Of a DNA stretch of 64,000 bases, positions 25,801 through 39,239 are shown in pieces (position 1 is the stretch's first letter; the number at the start of each line of letters is the position of its first letter). A model generated the notes under the pieces. The model had not been told where the DNA came from. It saw only the letters and a list, made by a program, of their open reading frames with translations, and made no database searches. This DNA is from Amoebophrya sp. A120. Taxonomy: Eukaryota; Protista; Dinoflagellata. The translations under genes were made by a program, and so were the position numbers. The stretch is taken from the NCBI GenBank assembly GCA_905178155.1, contig CAJINV010000020.1:620001-684000 (forward strand), read 5' to 3'.

Positions 25801-27001
25801 GGTTAGCAAGTGTAGCCGCATCACAGATTCATCTGCTCATCCTGTTCACAGCATCACAAATTCCAAAACACGATTGGAAATGGCTCTCATGGGGATGCGC
25901 ATTACAAGTGTTCCTGTCTTTGCAAATCTGCATTACAACTCTGGTGTGGGGACGTTTTTACTCAGGATAGGACACCGGGCGGATTTGCTCGCCGGCACCA
26001 CCTATGCATTGCCAATATGCCTGGGTCTGGAACGCTGGAAATTGTCATGCTAATTCTGGATAGTGCAAAAATCTGTGTTGCGCGATTGCCAAAAGCTGCC
26101 CACTTTTGATCAAGTTGAGACGCGATTTCCCATGCAGGCGAGGCATGATAGAGGTCGCGCAGAATCTGTCATGCTAGAGCATATATGACAGACCTCATGC
26201 GTCGTAGAAAACCTGCATGACAAGTCTTGCGACCTTCCAGAGGACCCAGACATATTTGCATGTGATACCACCGCCAGCTGGATGAGCGATTTGTGGCAAC
26301 GCCACGTCGGCGACACGCTGTTTGCGATGAGCAGCACGAACGAGTTGGAGCTGTTCGCCGTTTATGAACTCTTGAAACAGGCGTGGCAGTCCCGCGCAGC
26401 GCAAAAGCTGAGTCGCGAAGAGCGGGAGCAGGGGGGTGAGTTTGGTCGTGCTCTGCTGGGAAATGACTCTGAGCAAGAAAATCTTCGAAGTGCTGCAAAT
26501 GAAAATAACGAAAGCGATCTTGGCGCAGATCATCTTGCATTTGACTCCGAAGAAGATGAGGAAGATACGAGTATCGAACGGAGGCTGAACCACTCCGCTT
26601 CCGAACGGGAGGACCAGGATCGCATCGAAAATCGGTTTTACAACAACATCAAAACTGAAAGAGCCGGAACTACGTTCCCAGCCTACCCCCGTTCCGGGAG
26701 TGGCGCCGCCCCGACAGCCACGGAAGACGAGGAGAGCAGCGACCTCCAGTCCAACGCCTCCTCGGCCGGACAATTGCAGCGGAATAAGCTGCTCAACGAG
26801 CGTCTGTTCGGGGAGATTTCCTCCACCGCAGTGGGAAGTAGTGTAGTGCCGAATCAACAGTACGAGATCCCGGGAGACGACAGTTTGTGCGGCGCGTCGT
26901 TTCACTACGAAGGACAGACGTCCGTGACGCTGGTGTCGTTGGGGCAGCTGAGTCTGCTAGGGGGCGGAGGACACAAAGTGGAGATCGTCACGGTGGTGTA
27001 A
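19803..27001 (+). CDS. FAD/NAD(P)-binding oxidoreductase-like protein, 1793 aa, 9 exons
   Basis: DYLVVGAGLTG, PGGAWVNAYDFVRL, YIVIGGGQTGVD, VDPDQITWI; removing 8 introners gives a 5382-nt open frame. Confidence 0.85.
20658..20927. mobile_element. Introner family A2
   Basis: DR AGCAG/AGCAG. Confidence 0.95.
21927..22097. mobile_element. Introner family D (~65-bp TIR)
   Basis: tatccc.cagaaaaagaccgacaggtcatatttgtaatgcaaaaataaata; DR GTCGA/GTCGA. Confidence 0.95.
22142..22290. mobile_element. Introner family C (reverse of 14154)
   Basis: DR CGGCG/CGGCG. Confidence 0.95.
23865..24014. mobile_element. Introner family C (ends ATG)
   Basis: DR CGCAT/CGCAT. Confidence 0.93.
24396..24618. mobile_element. 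Introner family E
   Basis: TIR tatgacagtgca.aactcc; DR CTCGA/CCCGA. Confidence 0.93.
24914..25177. mobile_element. Introner family A3
   Basis: DR CGTGG/CGTGG. Confidence 0.95.
25685..25969. mobile_element. Introner family F
   Basis: 32-bp perfect TIR tatcctgagtaaaaacgtccccacaccagagt; DR GGACA/GGACA. Confidence 0.95.
26003..26267. mobile_element. Introner family A3
   Basis: DR CCACC/CCACC; interior similar to 24914. Confidence 0.95.
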
Positions 27002-28250
27002 GGAAACCAGAAGACGGCTTTGTCGTGGTGCATCAACAAGAAGACTGGGAGATGCAGCCGCTCTCTCTCTCTCTCTCTTCCTCTTGCAACGAGTTTTTGC
27101 ACGAGTTGCAAATGCTAAGACTATCATGTTAGCATTGCGTTTTTCATTTTCAGCAGTTCGTTTACGTTTTCTCCACCACGATTATTTGCTATCCCCATGT
27201 CTGTACCGATACCGAAGCAATATATTGCTTACAAGGTAATAGCTACTTTTCTTATCAAGGTTGTTTATGTTTTACTTACAATTACATGCAGTTTGTGCTT
27301 GGTGAGAGCCAGCAATCGTTTATTTCAAGCTCAGTTCTTTAGTGCGTTTTTATTTGAAGACAACACAGCGATCGAAAGTTACAAATGAGCGACAACTCGA
27401 CGAAGTAGAGACTGGTGTGAGGGTAACTGTTCTCGCACACACGTACTGACTCATTGCTATTGTATACGTTTTCTTCTTTTCACTTTGGAGTAAGATCCTA
27501 CAATTGATTTACTGATTCTGATTCTCTTTCTCTATAAAGTAGTTTTTCGAAATGATAGATATTGAAGCAGTGCCGGCCGTGGCAAGAGCAAATCACTGTT
27601 TCAAAAAAACCAAGGCACGAGGACTTCGATCCAACATCTCCAAGAATGTATAACAAGAGCCTTACCATGGAGCCATTGATTTGAGACACGAAAACATGTT
27701 AGAGGTCGATCTATACATAGTAACAATTCCGTATGGAGGCTGCGGTGGTCTTCACGACACGCCGACGGTCCGCAGGTAGTTGTACTAGGACTTTTGGTAC
27801 GCTGCCCACTGCTACTGCACTACAGCTGTTCCAACTTAAGCCGGCAGGGCTCCTTCCGCCTCGTCCATACACAATCCAGTGCGTAGTTCTTACACTAAAG
27901 ATCACAAGAACTTGAACTTCATTATCCTCACTGCTCGTACATTGCAAGATCTTCTTTTTTCGATGAAGATCTCTTTTTGGTGAGATTTTTACGATTTGGG
28001 TTGTCTGTGGTCTCCTGCTGCACGGCCTTGCGGTTCCCGTGCCTACCCGGTCTTTATTTTTTCCTGTTGCATGCAGTGCCATTCTTGTATAGTTGGAATT
28101 AGAACAAGTTCAGTTGAGTGTGGATGTACATGGAAGTAGAACAAGTTTCAGAAATTTTTACAACGAAAAGTAGAACATTGGCCTAGTTTCTTTCACTGAT
28201 TCTTTTGGTACGGATATAGAATCATCAGCGAGAACAAAGTCAAAGACAAA

Positions 28251-30262
28251 ATGCCGGGGCGACTGGTGTACCTAAAAGAATCGGAATACAAAGCCTACAA
28301 GAGTCTTGTGGCAGCTAAATTTTGCGGAATCAAGCTTGATGCTGCAGTTTACAATCCGAGTCGGGATTCACTAGGTAATACTATAGTTGATTAGGAGCAC
28401 GATTTCAGGTCAACCATGTTATGGTTGATGTACTTATCGCCGTAATAAAGTCGCTTTTCTCTTGTCATCACACAAAATTTTTTTCACGCATTAACTTTTG
28501 CATTTGTGATGACTACACGCAGAATATGCAAGGTTGCGTTTGTGGTGAGTTCACGCGTAAACGCATGTTGTAGCGCATTACTAGGAGCGAAGTTATCGTA
28601 GCACGAGAAAAGAAAGTTACTCTACCAACTACAAATCATTGCAGAGCACAATCCGTGGAAGAGGTTACCGTATCTGGAAACCGAAGGAGGTGTGATCGCC
28701 AATAGCAATGCCATCGCCCGCCACATCGGCCGCATGCGGCCAGACACGAACCTGTTCGGTACAGAGTTATAACGTTATGCTGCATGGTATGATGCATGTA
28801 TGGTGGCGAGACATCAACTTGAACCTCGATCATCGTGATGATTTTTATCTTTCAAAACTGTTATACTTGACACGAAACAGGCGCGCGCTTCGGGGAAGCT
28901 TGCCAAGTAGACTCCTGGATGGAGTTTTGCACCCGAGAAATCGAAGTCCCCGCCGGAGTTCTCGTGTACTATTTTTTTTTGCAGAGAAAAAATCGATTAT
29001 CATCTCTTCTATGGTCATGCTGCTTCAAATTAATACATAGCCGACAGAGCAGCGGCCGAAGAACATGCTTAGTTAGAGTAATATCAACGTTCTTAGCTGC
29101 TCCTGCGCAGGAGCGACGACCATCGCAATGCTGCGACAGGCTAGGCGTAAATTATCAAAAAACAGGTGGTCGCAGCAGAAGCTGATCGCCGCACCGGAGC
29201 AGAAGGTGGTTGACTCAGCCGTCGCGGACCTGTCTCGGTCCCTGCAGCTTCTGGAGTCGCAACTCGAGAAGAGACCATTCGTCGTCGGGAAGGAGGTATC
29301 TTGAGTTCAAATCATGTGGAGTCTCTAACCCTATACCTTCAACTTGCATTGTTCAAATTCCTACTGGTGCAACTGCAAGTGCATGATTTCTGTTCGACTA
29401 GATCTAGAAGATGAAGATGGCATGTATGTTGAAGTAGATGGAACTGCTTCCGCACCTCCATGCAACGAACAATTTTAAAGGTAACCCTCGCCGATATCGC
29501 CCTGGTGTGTTCCCTTCTTGATGTGTTCAAATTTGTCCTGGACGACAAGTTTCGATCCGGCTTCCCAAAAGTTTCCGCCTGGTTTCAAACCTGCCTCGCA
29601 CTCCCCCAATTTCAGTCCGTGATCGGCGCCAAAGTTGCGTTGTGCACGAAGTCCAATTTAACCTTCGCCCCCCCGGCACGAACGAGCGGCACCCGAACGA
29701 GCGCGCAACAGGCCGCGCCGGCTTCGAAGCCAACGCCGCCACCAGCAGCCGCTAGCCAGCCAAAGAAGAAGGAATCCGTGGTTTCCCAGCCACCACCGGC
29801 CAAGCAATCGGAGAAGACGTCGGTCGTCAGCAACGCAAGCACGGGATCTGCCGCACCTGCAGCTGGATCCGGGCCCACCAAGGGCACGCCGGAGGAACTG
29901 GCGGCTTTGCAGGCGGCGAAGGATAAGGTTCGGGAACTGAAGACCGCCGGCGCGGAGAAAGGATTAATTGAAGCTGCGGTAGTATCCAGAAAAAAAAGTG
30001 TGTAAGTGTAACTTTCTTGGAGGAACAGCATGACAAATTTGCTCTGCATGACAGAGAAAACCTCTCATGCGTAGCTAGTACGTGAAAACACTTACGAGAA
30101 GAACTTCTGATGCATGTCCAGCATGACGAGTGTAAGTGTCTTGCATCCTCTGCAACACAAGTTTACACTTTACACAGTTTTTTTCTTGCATAGGTCGCAG
30201 AGATGAAACGGCTGAAGGACGTCTGTGGGGAGGTCGACCCGCCGAAGAAAAAAAAGAAGTAA
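28251..30262 (+). CDS. EF1B-gamma/ValRS-type GST-like domain protein with C-terminal WHEP-like domain
   Basis: Exons 28251-28374, 28645-28758, 28881-28965, 29166-29295, 29481-29982, 30198-30262; NPWKRLPYLET..SNAIARHI, QVDSWMEF, VTLADI, DKVRELKTAGAEKGLIEAAVAEMKRLK. Confidence 0.85.
29983..30192. mobile_element. Introner family G
   Basis: tatccagaaaaaaaagtgtgta..tacacagtttttttcttgcata; DR GGTAG/GGTCG. Confidence 0.9.
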
Positions 30263-31008
30263 ATAAAGATGCAGCAGAACACGGGTCAAGCTCAAGGTCA
30301 TACATGCCGGTGGAACAAGCACCTGCAAATGACCAATAGGACGTGTCTGTAGCACCAGAAGAGCACCACCACCCAAACGACCCGATGCAAGCGAATATTC
30401 TCATATTGGCGCAGGCTCCTGTAGTGCTGTTCAATAATTGTGGGACAGGTGCAGGTCGTGCAAAACAGAATGTAGCCCGCAGGTGTGTTTGTCCACATGA
30501 CAGCATTCCATAATATTCGCTAAAAACGATGAGGACGACGCATGTTCCAATTTCGCACATCATCGCAGAAAATATTACGATCATTCACTATCGCGGCCTG
30601 CCAGCTACTATCTACATACGCACTATCAACATACGCACTGCAGCTACTTTTCTTGCTTGTGTGCAACTGTGTTCATCAGAAATTTATTCGAGAAATAGCC
30701 CGTCAAGTACGCCTCATCGTCGGCTTCATTCGTCACGTAATGCCCTTACTTCGTCCGCTCCTTTCCAACATCGTCTTCTCTCTTCTTAGTCTCTTTGAAA
30801 GATCAGCGACACGTCTCTCTAAAACCGTGTCAAATATAGAAATAACACGTGCAACATATCCGTTTCCGTGTGCTCCTACTGCACAAATAAGTAGAAGAAG
30901 ATGTAAAGTGTCGGCAGAAGTTCATGTTGTATGAAGAAATGAACAGTCGCAACTCTGTGTGTTGATCAAAGAAACAAGCTACTTTTATAAAGTCGAATTC
31001 TATCCAAG

Positions 31009-34000
31009 ATGGCGACCAAAAAGCCCGATCCTCCCGAGGAACTCTCGGCCGCTAAATCCTACGCGGAAATGAAAGCGCAAGCGGAAGCACAATTGCTAGG
31101 GGCAGGTTTGTTCTACTTGACGAGTCATGATTTGTGCTGTGCGAGTTGTATTGCTAGCAGCTGCTGCAGGAGCTCCTGTGATAGTGATTGTGTGTCAAAA
31201 TTATATTCGATGAATGAAACGTATATGAAAAATAAAACCAAGACCTCTAAACACACCAGAATCCCGCACAACTGCCAATGTTGAGATGGGCTATCCTGGG
31301 GCGGAATGTTGGCCCGATGTGGATTGGCACGCCGTGATTGCCGCACAAGCTGGTATATTATCGAAATGAAATGGAATTGGAAAGTAGTGGGTACCGCCGT
31401 ACAAACTCGACATTGTAGTTAGTACAACTACGACCCACTACGAGTGTATCCTGCTTATTTAAGATGCTGCAGAGCCGCGTGATGTTAATGAATCAATTCG
31501 TGCTCCCCAAAAAATGAAAAAAACAAAAAGGTGCAGAGGCGATGGTCCACCAGAAAGACCCGAAGTCGACGCCTTCATGGCCCACCGCTGCCGAGAGCTG
31601 GCCGTCACCGGGGGACGTCGGCATGCAAGAGGAGTGGGCGCCAGAGGAACATCTACAGGCCGGAGCGGCAGACAGTGCGGCTGCTGCGTATTTAATATAT
31701 TTATATTCCATGATTTTGTATTTGTAATGACCGCTGTATAAGAGTAACACCATGACGATACGAACACGGTTCTTTGTTTCTGTTTGCGCATGAAAAAAAA
31801 TCACCATGAAAATCCCAGTCTTGGCGTCGGCACTGGTTCCGCGGCAAATGCGGAGTATTGGAACACGAGTGAAGTGACCAGCATGTCTTTGGAAGCGCTA
31901 GTATGGGATGGTGAAGAAGATGCAGATGGTTTTTGCAATAACACCAATTTCTGGTCGTCGACTGTAACACCTTGAAATTCCTCGCGCATTGTGAAGAATT
32001 GAGCAGACCCTAAGCTGTACTGCATCTTGATGTTTTGGTTTTGCTACCTCCAACATCTCCATAATATTGGTAACGCTATTGTAGTCTTCGACACGTCACC
32101 GGTCGTGTTGGACGTAAAAATAAAGAAATCAATCTTTTCACCACTTGCATACCGCGCAGTGACGCTGGAAGAGTTGGATCGCGAGGGCAAGCGCGACACC
32201 GAGGAATACGCACGTATTTTTGGCTGATGTTGATGGAAGATCTTCTTCATCTGTGCAGCACGACATGTTTAGAATATCAATCACATCTCCAGCTCCAGCT
32301 GGTATTGGCCGCAAACAAGTTGAAGTTGAAGCTTCTCTTTCCGCGCCCGAATTAGGCTGTTGCACCCACCTGCTGTTGTTACTCAATGAGAGTGATGAAA
32401 TGGAAAAAAAGACAAAAATTTCAGATGCCTACGGTAAGTACATGCGGGATAAAGCGGCGTATCTGGAACTGTACAAGAATTACATCCCTGGCGAAGCTTA
32501 TGCGAGGGTCAGGATCGAAATCGTCAAAGTTGAAATAGTTTGTGATGCATAAAATGCAACACAAAAGTTGCCTCTACTGCAGAGGACGCAAGGGATGCAG
32601 ATTGTAAGCCTGTAGAGGGGTAGAAATTGAGCTGCTAAAGTAGCATGACAAAGGGCGTCTTTCTTACCCAAACAGCATTACAAACTGGATTTCAGTTCAA
32701 CCCAAATTTGGCATGCGCCACTGGGAAGCTAGGCGCCAACTGGTATCCGTTTCATGCATCACAAATTATTTCAACTCTGACGATTTCGATCCTGACACTC
32801 CCATAAAGCTCCGTCCTCTATGGTGCCCGGTGGCGTTGGAGGTATTTTTAGAAAAATACTGTGACCAAGTGAACAAGTTTTGAATTTGCATGCTTACGAA
32901 GCAATCTGAAGAGCCAAGAAGTTCGAAAATTCCGCTCGCTGGATTTTCAAACTTCTACTAACCGTAACCCCCGAATAACCGCAATTTGTTATATCGTAAA
33001 CACTACCAGGCGCCGCGGAATGGTGGATGAATCTCCCGGCGAACCAAGCCTGGGCCGCTTTCGCCAGCGGCGCGGTATCCTCTGCAAAAGTATCGTACTT
33101 GTATTGCAATCATTCATGCATTACAAATCTTTTTCTTGAAAAGGTAGATCAGTATTACAAATTTTATTTCTCATGCTGGGGAAATTTCTTTGTAATGCAT
33201 TTTTACGAGTGCGATACTTTTGCACTGCATACGCGGTGGACAATTACAATAAGACAACGGACCTGAGCATGACGCCCTCCAAAGTTCCGGGCGCCGGGAA
33301 CAAAAATTTCTCTCCCGCCTTGCAAGCACAGCAAATGGCCGCGAAAGGAGCGTATTTACTTTCATTGCGGTGGGTTTCTACTTGTAGTCAAGAACAATCT
33401 CTGGAGCAGTCCGTTGTGGTATGGATCGCATTCTTGCTAATTCGAATTCGCAGGCTCCGAATCGAATGATCCCCTTCTTGACACTGGTGATCACCGAAAA
33501 ATGATTGCAACATACATAGGTATTTTGCCGCCTTGATGGAGCAGTGGGGCGCCACGCAGAACCCCTGGGGCGCCGCTCCTGCGACGACCGCGCACGGAGG
33601 AGGAGGAAAAGGCGTAGCCTTCCCTGGAGCTCATCATGCCACCAAAGGCGCCGGCGGAGCTTCGCCCACGAGCAAAGGGAACTACAAGGGACGTGGTGGA
33701 AAGGGGTCCTCGCACGGAGCTGGAGGGGCTTATTCCGGATCTGCTGGAAAAGGATCAGCCGCGACTCACGGAAATCATGCAGCCACCCGTGGTTCTTCCG
33801 GAAACAAAGGCGGAGCTGCATCATCCGCCGCCGCCGCAGCAATGCACCACTTTCCCAGTGCCGCGGCTCTCGGGGCAGCCGCCGCTGCAGCGCAATCTGC
33901 GGCCGCAGGACATAACGGTAGCTGTACCGCGGCGACGACCATCGACCAACTCGCCGCAGCGGCCTCGGCGTTGGCGGCACACACGGCGGCACAGAACAAC

Positions 34001-37000
34001 GCGATTGGTCTGGACCAACATGCCGCGTACAATAATCCGCTGATGAACCCGGCGTATTACGATCCTTACAACTACTGGCAGTATTTGGCAAGCCTGAATC
34101 CCTACATGGCCGCAGCCGCTTCCGCGGGACTGGGCGCAGCGGGGGCTGGTGGCGCATACACAACTTCTAACCAGCATCAAGGCAGCACGCATCTTCCCGG
34201 AGGAGCCGCGGCGGCCGCAGCGTTCGCTGGCTTTAGTAACGGAGCCGGAGCAACAACCGGAGGAGCAGGTGGTGGTCAATTGCATCAGCAAAACCAATAT
34301 GCATTGCAAAAGCATCGCGCTAGTATAAATTGCATTACAAATTGACTTAGCATTACAGATTGAATTTGTAATGCGGATTTGCCTTGAGAAAAAAATCTGT
34401 AATGCACAAACGTAATCAGTACGAGTACGATACTTTTGCACTGCATAACCAACATCAGCTCGACTCCGCTGCCGCCGCCCAGCAGACTATCAAAGTCAAA
34501 AATGCTCCCATCCCCGAATTTGGGAGCATTTGTATTGCAAACCTTTCCAAGTGAAACACTCACCCGCTTGCATCTATCAGCATCACAGATTTCAAATCGT
34601 GAATAGCAAAAATTTGTATTGCAAAAGACCCCAGCAAGAGTGGCGCTTGTCATGCAAGTGATGCGCTACACGCCTAGACTCTGCACCAGAAAGATTCATA
34701 CTTCTACTTTCATGCATGACAAAAAGTTTTCATCTGGAAACTTCGCATCACAAATTTTTGCGACTTTGGGGTCGGGGGCATTTGTCACTGTAATACAGAC
34801 CGCGGCTGCTTTATTCGGGGCCGTGGCGGGCGTGCCGAATCCGTTCAATCATGCCGCGACGGCGGCCGCGGCTGCGGCGAGTTTGTATGGCGCAGCGGGG
34901 ATGAACAAGCACGAGATGTTTGTCGACCAGCAGGACGTGTATAGCAGTAAACACAACAATTACAACCCATACACGACGACCTCGACGTATAACGCTTACA
35001 CCACCGGTAATATGAACAGTATGACGAGCTCGTCCCCCGCCTCTAATCATGCCACGACAGGCACTACTACTTTCACTACGCAGGCCGGCAAGAAGGGCGG
35101 CGGCCAGGGGCACCAGCAATTGCACAGTCGCTCGGGCTGGCAGGATGCGGCTTCTCGGTGGGGCGATGAGACCTGGAATAGTTGCACCAGTGCCGCAAAA
35201 AATACCGCCGCAACCACAGGAACTTCATCTGCGACGGGCGGAAAATGGTCTTCAGCGTCCGCGAATGTTAAAGGTACGACTACTGCAGCGGAAAACAAAT
35301 CGTCTACTGCTGTTGGTGGGAATAAGGGGCAGCACAACAAGGAAAGCAATTCCACGACGGCGACGACGACCTCAACATCTCAACAGCAAACTACCGCGAA
35401 AGGCGGCGCCACGCCGAAGGGCGCTGGTGGTGTGAGTAGCACTACAAGTAGCGGAGGTCATGGAACTACAACTGCAGCTGGAGCTGCTTCGTCGAATTGG
35501 AATAAGGGTGCAAACTCCACCGCCACTGCTGCAACTACTCCTGCGGGGGACAAAAACGTTCCCGCGTGGGCCCAGTATCTGGCATACCACCACTACTTGA
35601 GTGGGCATACTTCGACGAACAACACAGCTGGTGGTGGAAAGCCGTATAATAGCTCGAAGGATCATTACAACAATGCCGGTTCTTCTTTGAAGGATCACCA
35701 TCACAGCAGCTACGGGTCGTCCGCAAATAAAGCCAGCAAGCACGCGGACAAGGGCTTTGGGGGGAAGGACAAAGACGGCAAGGGCTTCGGGAAAAAGGGG
35801 ACGAAACATATGGGGTTCTCAAATGTTACATTTTCAACTGTTACATGAATTTGGCATGCAAAAACACCATCATCATCCTCACGATCAAGCTGCTCCGCAT
35901 GACAAATTTGCGAAGGGCTAAGCCGCGCCTAAATCTGCGCCAGCCTTGTAATGCAAAAGGCGCAATCTTCCTCCTTTCACTTTTGCCAGTCTTGCATTAC
36001 AAATTCATGCAACAGTTGAGAATGTATCATTTGAGAACTCCATAAAACAGCAGCTGTACTTTGACGCCTTCAAGACGCTGCAGCAGTGGTTTAACATATC
36101 CTGTGCAAAAGCATCGTGCATTGCAATCATGCATTTACAAATTGTTCTCTTAAGGTAAGTCCGCATTACAAATTTTATTTCTCATGCTAAGAAAATTTGT
36201 AATGCATTTATACAAGTACGAAGGAATGCGATACTTTTGCAATTCATATAACATGCACGGGACCACGACGAATAAGGCGGGGAAGAAGGGAAACAGTTCC
36301 TCATGGAACAACGCACACTCCGGGAAAGGAGGACACAACTCGCAGTACCATGGGAAAGGTAGAATAAATAATCTATTTCATGAGTCTATCTCAATCTGTA
36401 TCGGCGGTAGATCATGTGGTTCTTTGTGCACAAAAAGTCCAACTGCAACTTCGTCCAACGCACCACAGGCTCCTGGCACAAGAGCAGCTCGAAGGACCAG
36501 TACAGTAGTTCTTGGACATCCCGCAAAGATTCCTCGCACCGGAATACATGGTCATCGTCCGACGATACAACTCAGAACAATGCGACATCAGCGACTACCA
36601 CTACGAATAACACCTCCTCCGCAGGAGCGACCTCTACGAACAAAACCGACACAAACACTATCGGGAGCGGACAAACCACAACCATCACTACATCTGCCGT
36701 GAACAGCGACGGCAAGACCGGCGAGCTGCAAACCTCGTCTACCACAAATGATGATGAACTTCCTTCTGGTGCAGTCGTGTCGCAGCCCACTCCGGAGCAG
36801 TTGCAGCGCCAGCAGGAGCTACAGGAGGCGTTGGATGAGGAGGTGAAAAAGTTGAAGAGCGGCAATCTAGATGACCGGGAAGAGGACATTTCTGCGGAAT
36901 GCGACTTGCAAGCGGCAGAGCAGGATAAGTTGTCCTGTGTTGAGAAACACCAGGAAGTCGGAGGGACTGCCGGTTGTCCAGCGGGGGCAGAGGATTCTCA

Positions 37001-37271
37001 GGGAATTAGCAAAAAATCAGATGAAGATGAAGATGCTACCAACATTGTCGCCGTACTGCCTGCCGCTTGTTCCATTGTCGACTGCTCCACGCCGGAAAAT
37101 AAATGTGATAGAGCTAGCGCTTCTTCTGATGCGGATCAGGACGATGCGAAGAACGACCTGTGGAACGACCCGAATTCTTTGGAATCCCCCACCAATGAAC
37201 CAGCCCCGGAAGATTTTCATTCTTCGCAAGCCGCGCTTGCGTCAGAGGAAACCGCGGCTACGGCTTTGTAG
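31009..37271 (+). CDS. Multi-exon G/A/T-rich low-complexity protein (GKG repeats), unknown function
   Basis: ORFs join in frame across 7 introners and several GT-AG introns; 5' exons less certain. Confidence 0.65.
31902..32151. mobile_element. Decayed introner (unique family)
   Basis: tatgggatggtgaagaagat / atcttttcaccacttgcata; DR GCTAG/CCGCG decayed; in-frame EALAVTL. Confidence 0.6.
32499..32805. mobile_element. Introner family I
   Basis: TIR tatg.gag.gtcaggatcgaaatcgtca.agttgaaata; DR AAGCT/AAGCT. Confidence 0.95.
33076..33231. mobile_element. Introner family C
   Basis: DR CGCGG/CGCGG. Confidence 0.95.
34298..34447. mobile_element. Introner family C
   Basis: DR ACCAA/ACCAA. Confidence 0.95.
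34488..34795. mobile_element. Introner family J
   Basis: tatcaaagtcaaaaatgctccc / gggggcatttgtcactgtaata; DR CAGAC/CAGAC. Confidence 0.93.
35809..36044. mobile_element. Introner family B (complete)
   Basis: DR AAACA/AAACA. Confidence 0.95.
36097..36248. mobile_element. Introner family C
   Basis: DR TAACA/TAACA. Confidence 0.95.
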
Positions 37272-39239
37272 GAGGGAGTTTGCGTTTTCGTTTAGATGGA
37301 GATGGGCCTCACAACTTCGGCGCGGTGGCGGTGGGTTAATGAGAAAACTAATCTAAGAACTCGGTACGAGAGAAGAAAGACTCACAGCGTAGTCGTATCG
37401 TAATTTACTTATAAAATAGAACTGCCACGACGCTAGCGCTTCGTCTTGCTGGAAATGGAATTCAAGGGTGATAATTTATTCTGCAGCAACTTCACACGTC
37501 GAGCAAAGCGCGAATTCAAAAGTTTCGTTTTCTTCTGCTGATATGTAACGGAGGAGCTGCGCAAGCTCTACCGGAAAATAAATCAAGAATAATGTTTGGA
37601 GCAATAGCGCGTTTTTAAATGTAAATTGATTCCGTCACTGCTAATTTCAGTTTTGGCGGAGTTACTTCGATAAGCACCCTCGGAAAGAAATTTATCTCGT
37701 TGTAGTTGATACATTTGTTTTAGAAATAAGCTGATTTTTTTGAATGATTTTAATCTTCTATGTCATTGCTACCTGTTTCCAGATACAATCTGAATATGTA
37801 CTTTTACCTTAGAAATTAATAAAGCGTTTTGTTGTACTACACCTGTTGAATACTTACTATGGCCGTGCGTGGTCAATGTTGCATCGGTAGCTGCAGGAGA
37901 TGCAGACGTGTTTATGCTAGATTTATTGTTGTTAATAATATGTTGTTGACAGAAGTACTAGGATCAGACGAGGAACGCCAATTTTTGATCGCAGACTCAT
38001 TGACGAGCCACCTCAACGTACATGCGTTTGACGAGTCGACGTCTCTTAATTTCTTCTATTTCAAATTTTGTATTATTGAAAAATATTTCCAAACAATAGA
38101 TTTTGACTCCGCAGCTTAATTTGAATTCTAGGTACTACTATATCTTCGCAGAGGTTTCATCCGTAGACTAGGGTTTCGATGAGGGTCACAACAAGCTCGT
38201 ACTAATTAAAGGCTCCTGGCAAAGCAATCAATATCAAACCTGAGTTATCAGTTCGAAATTCGTATATCATTATCTGGGAAACGGGAAAGAATACCACCTG
38301 AACGATAGTTGACCAGAATATCAATCTCTTCATGGCGTATGTGCTTTCTGGCGGTCGGAGATTTGAGGTTGTTGTGAAGGAGCACAGAAGCTGATAGCTG
38401 GCTGCAGTCACTGCAGGACGAACTTTCATCATGCTTCTGCAACACATCTCACGTCTTCGGGCTGGAAGCAGTGCGTTGCCGCAAAGAGGATCTAGATGCA
38501 CTTTTATTTTCATGTTGATGGTTTTATTTTGCCACGGTTTCTTCACTTTCGCTTAGCATTAGCTGCAATATGCTATACTAGCGCGAAGACGTAATTCTAA
38601 GTTAGTTCTGATCAGCACGGGGCTTTGAACTTGAAAAAGTGCACGATAGGAAAATATATATATACGATTTCTTCGCCGAATGGAACTTCACTGAGCAATC
38701 TTCGAGGATATCGATGAACTACGATAAAATATTTAAGTCCATTCTTTGGCACTATGCTTTTCGTTTTCTTCTTGCTTAGCGCTTCTGCGAAAGAAGCCAA
38801 TACAAAACTCATGCCTGCAGGCAGAGCTGTACGAGGTTGAGCAGCCGATTTGTAACTCTGTTGAGCCATCCGATCTGTGTGCGTACGTCGTAACAACTAG
38901 AACTTCGCCAAGTTGTTGTATTCTCCTAGCCCCGCTGGGGCCACGATAGCTGCAGTTGAAAAAGTGACGGAGATTGCACGGACGGATTGCAGTTTCTCCT
39001 TGTCCAATACAAAAAGGGTGATTTTTGTGGCTCAAAGTTGATGTTGATGCGGACTACGAGGGCTTCCATCTGGAGGAAAGCAGGACCGTTGTCGTACTGA
39101 ATGCACCGAGGACGCGAAGGAGAGCATTGTTGTCTCTTGGCGCTGCAATCTCTTTATATCGTGAAGCACGTTGGTGAAGCCTATCTGTTTTTTGTAGCCG
39201 ATGTGTTCTTCACACTACGTGCCCTATCGCCTGACGTGC

